From a virus (lineage: Duplodnaviria; Heunggongvirae; Uroviricota; Caudoviricetes): a stretch of DNA of 30,440 nucleotides. Below, piece by piece: positions 23,001-30,440 of this stretch. A program made the translations under genes and the position numbers. The stretch lies in the IMG/VR virus record IMGVR_UViG_3300035521_000566; one strand, given 5' to 3'. Numbering within the stretch: position 1 is the first letter of the stretch; every line of letters begins with the position of its first letter. The notes beneath the pieces were generated by a model, which had not been told where the DNA came from, searched no databases, and was given only the letters and a program-made list of their open reading frames with translations.

Positions 23001-26000
23001 TTCGTGCTTAGCAACTACAGAGCCTTCAGCATTGTAAAGTGTTTCAAATACTACCATTTCATCATCTTCGAATTTACTTCCGTCAAATTCAAATGTTACT
23101 GTAACAGTTCCATCTGCCTTATCTGCTTTAAATTCTGCTGATGATGTAACTTCTTTACCAGTTGTGCTATCCTTTACTACTTCACCAGTAGCCTTATTCA
23201 TAAGAACACCAGTCACAGTATAAGAACGACCTGGAATAACATTTGTATAATCAACAACATCGTTGATAATGATTGTTTCACCCTTTGTACCAGTCTTAAG
23301 ACCTGTACTAAAGTTAGCTGTTGTACCAACCTTAGGGAATGAAATTGTCTGGTTTGTATCATTTAAGTTTGCGTGAGTAGCAATTACCTGATTACGATAA
23401 TATACTTCCTCGAATGCTACGATTGTATGTCCTTCAAGTCCAGTTGCATCAAACTCAAACTTAACTTCTGTTGTTCCTGATGTCTCCGTAGGTGTAAATT
23501 CAACCTTAGCAGTTACAGCATTTCCATTCTTATCACGAACTTCGTCGTTATCAGATACATCAAAGAATGTACCTACGATTGTGTACTTCTTACCAACCTG
23601 AAGGTTTTCGTAAGTTACAGTATCTACAATTGTAACAACACCATCAGCAAGTGACTCATGCTCTGTCTCAGTTCCATCTACTACAGCTGTTGTTCCAATC
23701 TTAGGGAACTTAACAGTCTGGTTTGTATCTTTCAGATTCTTATGTGAAGCAGCAACAGAAATTGTTTCATTTCCGTTCTTATCTTCACCGACTAAATAAA
23801 GTGTCTCAAATGCAACTACATCCTGTCCTTCGTATGCTACAGCATCGAATACAAATGACATATCAATTGCACCTGATGCGTCATCTACGGACTCAACAGT
23901 AAATCTCTCTGATGTTGCTGTAACAGCTACATTCTCGCCGTTCTCGTCTTTATTATAGACGATAGAACCGCTCTTAGTCATAAGAGTTCCTTCGATATAG
24001 TATGTCTTGCCAGCCTTAAGTCCTGAATAAGAAACTGTATCTACGATAACAGTGTTCTCAGTTGCTGGACCTATATGCTCACCTGTTTCATCATGAACAG
24101 CTACGGTCTGTACTGTTGGATTGCTAGGTGTAGTACCATTCTCCATCGTACCGAGGTCTTCGATATGAAGTGGACGACCATCAATGTAGAATGTACGTCC
24201 TTCGGTAAATAATGGTTCATCCCAGTAATCAGCGTTTGTATCGCTCTTTACTTCATAAATCTTATAAGTACCCATTGGAAGTGCTCCAAGAGTATTATCT
24301 GCACTTGACTCACCGTTTGCTACAGTACCGTCTTCACCAAGACCGAACCATACACCTGCGGTGTAATCTGTATCAGCCATGTTGATTGACTCACCTGCGT
24401 CAAACTTCTCAAGAATCCAGTCATTTGCATTTGTATTCTGAGAATGAGGATAACCTACATCATCACTGTTAGGACTGTAAGATGAAGTAAATGTACCACC
24501 CTTATCGGTTACAACAGCATGTCTTTCACCTGTTGCAAGATTCTCAACAACCCATGCAGTCCACATACCCTGGTTTGTACCTGTTTCTCTCTTTTCGAAC
24601 TCGAAATCACCACGTACTACCTGGTTATCCCAGACAAGGCTCTTGTTGCTTGTATCTGTTGTAACAGTTTCGCCATCTTTTCTGATTTCGAACGTTCTAT
24701 AGTCACCATCTGTTAACAAATAAGTATCATTTGCATAAACATTGTTCTTCCAACCCTTAGTTCCTACTTCTTTAATTAAGTAAGTACCATAAGGAAGTGT
24801 TCTGTCTGTTGTCTCGGCTGTATAAGCCTGCTTCTCTTCATTCCAGTGTGTTGTAATCGTAGTAACAAGGTCACCAACTTCATACCACTCACCGTTTACG
24901 GAAGTTACATTTGTATCACTGCCGTATCCATCCTGGTCTACATAAACATCAAGCTTAGATGCATTGTAAATCTCAAAATTGATACCGCTTAAGTTTGGTG
25001 TGAAATCATAAGTTGTATCATTACCGTGGTCTGAGCCGTTCATTGCTTCGGACTTCTGAAGCTCAATATCGTCCTTAGTAATCTGAACATCACCACGTAT
25101 TACTGGTTCTAACAATGGAGTATCTTCACAGTGAATATACTCTCCGTCCTTACGAATTGTGAAAGTACGTGTCCAATCAGGATTTACAAGATAACCTGTA
25201 GATGCTTTGGACTCAATAACTTCGTATGTACCGTAAGGAAGTACCTTTTCAGGTGTTGCTGCTTTACCGTTCTCATCAGTTGTTACTGTATAACAAACTT
25301 CACCAACATCGTACCAAGTTCCATCAATGTAAACTGGAAGCTTAGAACGGTTGATAATAGAGAATTCACAACCCTTAAGCGTTGCATCACCCTGTGCTAC
25401 ATTTGTGTCTCTATCCCAGTCATACTTGACAAATGAAACACCACCACGCCAGATTGTCTGCTCTACATAGTTGTGTGCACTGTCTTTTTTATTTACTGAG
25501 TTAGCCTGTACAATATTGCCGCTATCACTTGAAGAACCACCGATAACAACTGTTGCTTCCCAATCAGCGTCTACGTAGTAACCTAACTCAACCTGTTCTC
25601 CCTGTCCTGCCTCATACAATGAATAAGTGCCACAAGGGAAAGTTTCGTCAAATCCATCTCCATCTGTATCAGATGTAGCATGTCCATTTGCATCAGTCTC
25701 AAGTGTGTAACAGACCTGTCCATAATGATATGTGACACCGTTTACTACAACATCCTGCTTTGTTGTACTTGCGTTAACAACATAGAAGAGATAACCGCTA
25801 AGGTCTTTATCGCCCTGTCCTAAGTTATCACCCTGCTCGGTAATTACATTAGAAGTAACACGGTCTTCATCTGACTTCCACATTTCGATACCACCTCTGA
25901 TAGGTGTCTCAGGACAACCGTATGTGCTATCCTTTAACAGATTAACATCGGTATCTCTCTTAGCAATCTGGGTAATATCAATCATCTGATTATCTTCTGT

Positions 26001-29000
26001 AATATCAAACTCTCTTACCCAATCTTCATTTAACTTATATCCGTAAGGTGCTTTTGTCTCACGAATCTCATAATGACCAACAGGAAGTACATAGTTACCT
26101 GTAGAAGCAAGTCCTGTCGAATCAGTTGTGATTGTACAATAAGCTTCACCATACTTAATTTCTTTTGTATCTGTATAATTCTTAGCAGCTGTTCCTAAAG
26201 TCCATACAGACTTGCCTGATTCAGACTTATTATAAATAGTAAACTCTGCACCTGCAAAAGAACCATCGCCCTGTGGAATAGTCTGCAATGTCTCAGAATC
26301 ATATTTCTGAACATTTACACCACCACGATATACATCGTTTGAGAGTGATTCCCCAATAGGTGTTAAGTCGTAAATCTTACCGTCGCCATCGTGCGTTGCA
26401 GTATTGTTCTCATCGACAACAGTGAATGTTCTTGTATAAGCTTTTTCTTTATTAGTAAACCTATACTCGCCTTCCTGTCCGATTTCGACAATCTCATAAG
26501 TACCTGCTACTAATAAATAATTTACTGACTCATAAGGAATTACATTTCCTTCATCATCGGTATTATCCAAATCAAGAGTAACAGTTTCAATAAGTCCATC
26601 TGGTTCTACATAACGTGAAACAGTCTTTTTATCAGACTCATAAATAGGAATTCTATATGAGTTCCTATTATAAAGATTGAATGTTACTGCTCCAAGCTTT
26701 GCATCACCCTGACCATTAGTCTGGTTGGACTTAGAATCACGCTTTGTAATCTTATATCCAGCAAGAATTGGTGTTGGCTGATTAACTGTGATAGTATTAA
26801 ATACATCAAGCGTGGCAACATTTGAGCTTGTTCCATCTTGTGCTGGGATTACAATACGCATCCAGTTATTAGTACCTGTTTCTGTAGCTGTGCCATCATT
26901 GTAAGTACAAACATATTTCCAACCACTATCGTCAGATGGGGATTTATAACCTTCAGGTGATACTTCTTCTGTTATGACAACAGTGCCTGAACCAAACTCA
27001 AAAAGACCATTGTCGTTGAAATATTCATCTAAAGTATGAGTTCCATCGCCTTTGTCATAATATTTCCAAGAGCTTGTGTTAATGCATCCTTGCTTTTTAC
27101 TCAAACTTATCATATAAGACTTTTTAGTAGTTCCTGGCTGTATCAAATACTTAGTATTTGCTGTGAACTCATATACCAAATCATTCTGATGCTGAGCTTC
27201 GTTAGCCTGAGTTACATTTGTAACATTATAATACTTAAATCTGAATGTTGCATTCTCAAGGCTTGTGTCACCAACAGGATACTCTGAACCATCTTGCGTC
27301 AACTTATGCATAACCACATTAACTGGGTCAACCATAGGTGGCTCTTCGATTGTAACTGTTTGAGTATTGTTGTCTGTAGGGGCTGTAATCGTAACTGTCT
27401 GAGCTGTCACACATGCATAACCCTTAGAAGATTTAGTTTCTTCTAATGTATACGTACCAAGAGGAATATTATTGAACTTGGCAACTACATCTCCTGTAGA
27501 TTTATCAAGTGCAGTTGTACTTGTAAATGTTACTGAGCTATCCCAGCTGGCTGTCAACTTGAATTCAGCACCAGCTAAATCATAACATGGATTATTATCC
27601 GTAATAGCTGTATCAGCAGACTCTTTAATAACATTCAGCTTACCCAATACAGGTGTATTGGTTACTGTTACACTCACATCTTTATCAGCTACAGTGACCG
27701 TAGTATCTGCAGATGTTGTAAAGTTTTTAGGAGTCGTTGTCTCCTTCAGTGTGTAACTTCCACTCTGAATATTCTTCCATTTAATGCTACCACCTGCTGC
27801 CCAAGTTACATTTGTGCTATCTGCAGCTGTAACGGCTGTTGCAGCACCAGCAACTGTATTAGAACTATCATATAAAGTAAACTTTGCATCAGTAATAGCA
27901 CCATATGCTGGGTTATTATCAACATAATTAGATGGTACATTTGTAGTAAATGTCTTACTAACTGATACATTATGACCTGCATTCCACTTAAGCTTACAAA
28001 TCATAGCACCTGCCTGCGTATTTACCTTCTGAGTAACAATACCTAAGACCATGGTCTTATTTGTTGTATCTACACTCAATATAGTAAGATGAAATTTCAT
28101 ACCATCATAAGTTCCAGTTCCGCCATCTTGATTAGCAGTACCAAATATACTATTATACTCATTTACAGCTTCTGTAACAGTAGTACAATGCTGACATACT
28201 AATCCGACTTTAAATCCTGAACCAAAGTCAAGTGTTACATTTCCAAGTTTATATTTACCACTAAGCGTCATATACGACTCTATAGAAGATGTACTTGTAT
28301 CAGTAGAATCTTCAAGATGATAGGTTGTACCACTATATACTACAGTAGCATTACCACTCGTACCTGATATAGTCGTGTTACCTGTAGCTGCTAAAAAATT
28401 GATGTCAACAGCGGCATTATTCTGGGCATTTACAACAATATACTGACCTGCTGTATACTTAGTTTGATGAGCTGCTCCAGTAGATGCACTTGCATCATAA
28501 GTAATTGATGCACCAGAAAATGTACCAGATGCACTAGCCTGAGGTGTTCCGCTACATTCTACAGTAACACCGCTAATATTTGCATTTGACGCATCTGACG
28601 CAAATGCAATTACAGGATTAAACATATCTGCTAAAATAGTTGCACCCTGCTGAAAAGTAGAAGGTTTTTCAATATCAATTTCAATAGAATCGACTGACAA
28701 TGTATTTGTATTCAAAACAAGGAGACCTGTTTCTGAATCATACGAATAACAAGTTACATCACTGCTATTAGTATATACAAATTCATCTGAGTCTTCAGCA
28801 TTGTTATTCATCTCAGAATAAAAATCATCAAATGCTGATGATGGCAAAATTTCAATACTATTTATCTTAACAGTAAGATAATCTTCGTTGATAGAATAAC
28901 GTGCTCTTGCATTCTCAGCTAACTGTAATGCAATCGTTCCATCTACAGTAGTATCAACAGAAGCAACACCACTATCTAAGATTTCTCCGTTCACTCTAAC

Positions 29001-30035
29001 CGATGAAACTGATAAATCAAAATTAACGCTTGTTTCACTAATAGTCTTGTCAATAAACTGAGTGAACTGAACCTGAGTAAGAGCAAGATTGAGCATTCCG
29101 TCTTCTTCAACAGGAGTGCAATGCTCTTTTGGCATATAAATAAGTCCAGTTTTCTCATCGTAGATTGCGTCGTCGATTACTTCACCATAATTGTTATTAC
29201 GTGCAACATCAACCTGAACCAAATTATATTCAGGATTGTCGTATAATGCGTTTGCTAAACCGACAACATAATCTGCATCTTCTGACACCTCATAAAGTAC
29301 GACATAATAATCTTCAAAGTCTTCAAACGCTTCTGAATAATTGTTATCTCCAGGTGTCTGAATAACTGTAAGTACGTCGTCTGCATCTGTAATATCTGCT
29401 GGAAGCTTTGTTGAATCATAGATAGACTGCTTTACTCTAAGAGCATCATAAGCATCATCTGCTGTTAAACTACCAGAAGACTTTCCTACGTATTTAGAGT
29501 CGGCATTCTCTAAAATGTAAGATAATGTATCCTGTGGCTTTTCTGTCTCGTCGACTTCCGCCAGTGAGATACTGTTATTAAACTCAAAATCTGCATAGAC
29601 GGTTGCATCTTCCTCCTCAATATAAAACGTAAAGATGTCACCGCATAAATAGCCATCAAGTGCATTTCCAGATTCGTCTACAGCAACAATTCCTGCTACT
29701 TCGTAATACTCATCCGATGTAACCCGCACTGAAACACTACTATTGGATGATACTTTCAATGTATCAAGTCCAGAGTCTGAAACAAATTCCAAGTCGCCGT
29801 GTAGCGTTGGTGTCAGAGTAGCTGCTACGCTTGTTTCTGTTTCAGCCTGATTGCTTTCTGTTGCATCCTGCGTATCTGCGTCAGACACAGTAGATGTCAC
29901 GGATGCTTCTGAGGTGGGTTCTGCTGCATATGCTGCCATTGTTGAAATGCCGCTAGATGATAACACCATGGCACCACATAAAACAACTGACAACGCTCTT
30001 TTTACGAACTCACCAGGTTTGGCAATGTGCTTCAT
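20058..30035 (-). CDS. Giant sortase-anchored surface adhesin (3325 aa) with SpaA/Cna-B isopeptide domains and VaFE / Thr-Gln ester-bond repeats
   Basis: Start at ATG 30035 (AAGGAG 8 nt upstream); signal peptide ..MAAYA|AE; ~9 Cna-B-like domains; 10 ester-bond repeats; C-terminal VQTG + hydrophobic helix + RKIK. Confidence 0.9.
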   Translation of the reverse strand: MKHIAKPGEFVKRALSVVLCGAMVLSSSGISTMAAYAAEPTSEASVTSTVSDADTQDATESNQAETETSVAATLTPTLHGDLEFVSDSGLDTLKVSSNSSVSVRVTSDEYYEVAGIVAVDESGNALDGYLCGDIFTFYIEEEDATVYADFEFNNSISLAEVDETEKPQDTLSYILENADSKYVGKSSGSLTADDAYDALRVKQSIYDSTKLPADITDADDVLTVIQTPGDNNYSEAFEDFEDYYVVLYEVSEDADYVVGLANALYDNPEYNLVQVDVARNNNYGEVIDDAIYDEKTGLIYMPKEHCTPVEEDGMLNLALTQVQFTQFIDKTISETSVNFDLSVSSVRVNGEILDSGVASVDTTVDGTIALQLAENARARYSINEDYLTVKINSIEILPSSAFDDFYSEMNNNAEDSDEFVYTNSSDVTCYSYDSETGLLVLNTNTLSVDSIEIDIEKPSTFQQGATILADMFNPVIAFASDASNANISGVTVECSGTPQASASGTFSGASITYDASASTGAAHQTKYTAGQYIVVNAQNNAAVDINFLAATGNTTISGTSGNATVVYSGTTYHLEDSTDTSTSSIESYMTLSGKYKLGNVTLDFGSGFKVGLVCQHCTTVTEAVNEYNSIFGTANQDGGTGTYDGMKFHLTILSVDTTNKTMVLGIVTQKVNTQAGAMICKLKWNAGHNVSVSKTFTTNVPSNYVDNNPAYGAITDAKFTLYDSSNTVAGAATAVTAADSTNVTWAAGGSIKWKNIQSGSYTLKETTTPKNFTTSADTTVTVADKDVSVTVTNTPVLGKLNVIKESADTAITDNNPCYDLAGAEFKLTASWDSSVTFTSTTALDKSTGDVVAKFNNIPLGTYTLEETKSSKGYACVTAQTVTITAPTDNNTQTVTIEEPPMVDPVNVVMHKLTQDGSEYPVGDTSLENATFRFKYYNVTNVTQANEAQHQNDLVYEFTANTKYLIQPGTTKKSYMISLSKKQGCINTSSWKYYDKGDGTHTLDEYFNDNGLFEFGSGTVVITEEVSPEGYKSPSDDSGWKYVCTYNDGTATETGTNNWMRIVIPAQDGTSSNVATLDVFNTITVNQPTPILAGYKITKRDSKSNQTNGQGDAKLGAVTFNLYNRNSYRIPIYESDKKTVSRYVEPDGLIETVTLDLDNTDDEGNVIPYESVNYLLVAGTYEIVEIGQEGEYRFTNKEKAYTRTFTVVDENNTATHDGDGKIYDLTPIGESLSNDVYRGGVNVQKYDSETLQTIPQGDGSFAGAEFTIYNKSESGKSVWTLGTAAKNYTDTKEIKYGEAYCTITTDSTGLASTGNYVLPVGHYEIRETKAPYGYKLNEDWVREFDITEDNQMIDITQIAKRDTDVNLLKDSTYGCPETPIRGGIEMWKSDEDRVTSNVITEQGDNLGQGDKDLSGYLFYVVNASTTKQDVVVNGVTYHYGQVCYTLETDANGHATSDTDGDGFDETFPCGTYSLYEAGQGEQVELGYYVDADWEATVVIGGSSSDSGNIVQANSVNKKDSAHNYVEQTIWRGGVSFVKYDWDRDTNVAQGDATLKGCEFSIINRSKLPVYIDGTWYDVGEVCYTVTTDENGKAATPEKVLPYGTYEVIESKASTGYLVNPDWTRTFTIRKDGEYIHCEDTPLLEPVIRGDVQITKDDIELQKSEAMNGSDHGNDTTYDFTPNLSGINFEIYNASKLDVYVDQDGYGSDTNVTSVNGEWYEVGDLVTTITTHWNEEKQAYTAETTDRTLPYGTYLIKEVGTKGWKNNVYANDTYLLTDGDYRTFEIRKDGETVTTDTSNKSLVWDNQVVRGDFEFEKRETGTNQGMWTAWVVENLATGERHAVVTDKGGTFTSSYSPNSDDVGYPHSQNTNANDWILEKFDAGESINMADTDYTAGVWFGLGEDGTVANGESSADNTLGALPMGTYKIYEVKSDTNADYWDEPLFTEGRTFYIDGRPLHIEDLGTMENGTTPSNPTVQTVAVHDETGEHIGPATENTVIVDTVSYSGLKAGKTYYIEGTLMTKSGSIVYNKDENGENVAVTATSERFTVESVDDASGAIDMSFVFDAVAYEGQDVVAFETLYLVGEDKNGNETISVAASHKNLKDTNQTVKFPKIGTTAVVDGTETEHESLADGVVTIVDTVTYENLQVGKKYTIVGTFFDVSDNDEVRDKNGNAVTAKVEFTPTETSGTTEVKFEFDATGLEGHTIVAFEEVYYRNQVIATHANLNDTNQTISFPKVGTTANFSTGLKTGTKGETIIINDVVDYTNVIPGRSYTVTGVLMNKATGEVVKDSTTGKEVTSSAEFKADKADGTVTVTFEFDGSKFEDDEMVVFETLYNAEGSVVAKHEDLDDEEQTVRYPELETVASYCDTGSHEGAALDSVELVDYITYKGLTPNTEYTIKGVLMDKDSKAVVIDADGKEVRVDTTFIPEESSGTTSVTFAFNASELAGHSVVVFEEAYDGDVLIAEHKDIDSEAQTVTFPEVDTSIAVDNGLGVKSDEIATAGDAEVEGSDNTEDTDNTESTNEDVNYRFVDQDGKHVFTDTVYYKDLTPGDTYQVKGYLVDKATGQKVTSESILEITPEDSEGSVDITYEFDTTDKAGNTYVAYEYIYRKAAAGSYDVLVAQHDDINDEDQSVHVVAVKTVADIDTSTDLITVTDTVSYTGLVEGVSYTLTGTLMNPDTGKAYQNSNGEDVVVTAAFTAEGSEGTTEVVFNVTDVEDLDVAVVYEKLFYSDVEIAKHEDINDEAQTVYNPKVGTVATYGETNVNMGPAAENTVITDTVSYTGFVIGTEYVMKGTLYDKTAGKLTDITAETPFKAEEHDGTVEVKFEFDATEYAGHTFVVFEQAVTRAEDENGEVVDTNVVRHEDAEDADQTIYFPTIGTTLTDAGTGEHMGMATNDVTLVDRVTYTNLVPGKEYTVTGTLMDKATGKELLDENDHTITASAKFTPEEADGSIDITFNFKSIDISGKSVVAFERVEYEGVEVAAHTDINDDDQTVAFPSIATSAIDETTKTHQLHIFEDESAEIKIVDTVTYTNLIPGETYVITGTLMDKATGKKIEYKASEQSKTEVETTVDTSQVTKTDDNTITEVTESETTNTDKFTSSVTFKAEEANGTVDVEFTIPNGAIKGKTVVAFESLTYNDKTIATHEDIDDADQTTYSGSISTVATADDERSKIVTMATDAKVVDAITYENLVEGSEYKVVGQIVDKSDENKVVATATSDFKVEKMEGSVKQTFTVDTSDKDGHVLVCYETIYDKDGNIIAQHKDIEDKDQTVTVKTTTKVQTGIVNHARALMMIALIIMFLAVMSTIGVFGYRKIKVNDDNSDEE
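20215..24122 (-). repeat. Ten VaFE / Thr-Gln ester-bond Ig-like repeats
   Basis: Each has a first-strand T, D.V.Y..L..G..Y...G, V[AV][FY]E and a terminal H-x-[DN]-x-x-[DS]-x-x-Q: HKNLKDTNQ, HANLNDTNQ, HEDLDDEEQ, HKDIDSEAQ, HDDINDEDQ, HEDINDEAQ, HEDAEDADQ, HTDINDDDQ, HEDIDDADQ, HKDIEDKDQ. Boundaries approximate. Confidence 0.88.
24150..27975 (-). repeat. About nine SpaA/Cna-B-type (isopeptide-forming) domains
   Basis: Recurring G.v.i.K ... l.ga.F.i.n ... lP.GtY.i.E...p.gY pattern (VSVSK, GKLNVIK, VVMHK, GYKITK, GGVNVQK, GGIEMWK, GGVSFVK, GDVQITK, GDFEFEK). Boundaries approximate. Confidence 0.8.
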
Positions 30036-30117
30036 TTCACTTACTCCTTTCACATTATATAATGTTTTCTGCTCGTATATCAGTGTTTTTCACTAATATG
30101 CATAAGCTTGCTTTATA

Positions 30118-30146
30118 AATATACCATAAATTGGCTAAAAAATCAA
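30118..30146 (-). promoter_or_regulatory. P6 promoter (adhesin)
   Basis: TTGATT (30146-30141), 17 bp, TGn-TATATT (30123-30118). Confidence 0.6.
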
Positions 30147-30165
30147 TAGAAGATTCGTCAAAATG

Positions 30166-30177
30166 CTCATAAATAAG
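30166..30177. promoter_or_regulatory. Candidate operator 6, CTCATAAATAAG, 19 bp upstream of the P6 -35
   Basis: Same spacing and orientation as the copy at P2. Confidence 0.6.
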
Positions 30178-30440
30178 TTCTTTTTGAAAGATTTGCTGGT
30201 ATCGTTTATTATCAATACTTACCAACTTTTTATTATATGGTAACATAAATTTTAGTCTAAAATTTATAGTGAGACAAAGCAGAGCTTTGTTATACAGAGT
30301 ATTTGTATGCTTTATTTATTATATGCTATATAATAAATGTGAAGACTGATGTAATAAGCGTTGCAGCAAAAAAAACTGCAACAGAAGTACAGTATTACAT
30401 ACTGTAACTTAATTTTTGAAGAGAATCCTAAAAAAATAAT

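Larger units (their letters stand above)
1..30440 (-). mobile_element. Internal segment of a Gram-positive conjugative element (ICE or conjugative plasmid); both boundaries outside the window
   Basis: Co-oriented VirB1-, VirB2-, VirB3-, VirB4- and VirB6-like genes, a plasmid-type topoisomerase IA, an adhesin with sortase, and an RHH protein; no housekeeping genes. ICE versus plasmid cannot be decided without an integrase or Rep gene. Confidence 0.85.

Noticed and set aside
20215-24122. CRISPR array or DNA-level tandem repeat
   Set aside because: The repeats are degenerate in-frame protein domains with no identical direct repeats or spacers. No cas, rRNA or tRNA genes were seen in the window.
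30055-30246. 63-aa ORF upstream of the adhesin
   Set aside because: Overlaps P6 and the operator; no RBS; likely spurious.
30388-30406. LexA/SOS box
   Set aside because: Arms are in the opposite order to the E. coli CTGT-N8-ACAG box and do not match the Firmicutes GAAC-N4-GTTC box.

Overview
An AT-rich window with Firmicutes-style signals (AAGGAG ribosome-binding sites, sigma-A-like promoters; a Lachnospiraceae/Clostridia-like host is inferred, not shown). Every credible gene is on the minus strand. It reads as part of a large Gram-positive conjugative element (ICE or plasmid). In transcription order, right to left: (1) a 3325-aa sortase-anchored adhesin with about 9 Cna-B/SpaA isopeptide domains and 10 Thr-Gln ester-bond (VaFE) repeats; (2) a 3-gene operon ending in a PemK/MazF-fold protein with long extensions; (3) a ~330-bp non-coding region with inverted repeats; (4) an operon with a class B sortase, lipoproteins, a ribbon-helix-helix protein and membrane hypotheticals; (5) a type IA topoisomerase and an atypical mating-pair module (VirB3/TrsD-like fusion, VirB4/TrsE-like protein with no recognisable Walker A/B, 1356-aa VirB6-like protein); (6) a separately transcribed VirB2-like pilin; (7) a membrane-anchored protein and a VirB1-like phage-tail-lysozyme hydrolase that runs off the left edge and is absent from the ORF track. 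The strongest unexplained signal is a 12-bp quasi-palindrome, CTCATAAATNAR, found at all six promoters I could identify. No relaxase, coupling protein, integrase or Rep is visible in the window. All family calls come from motif recognition by eye; no searches were run.
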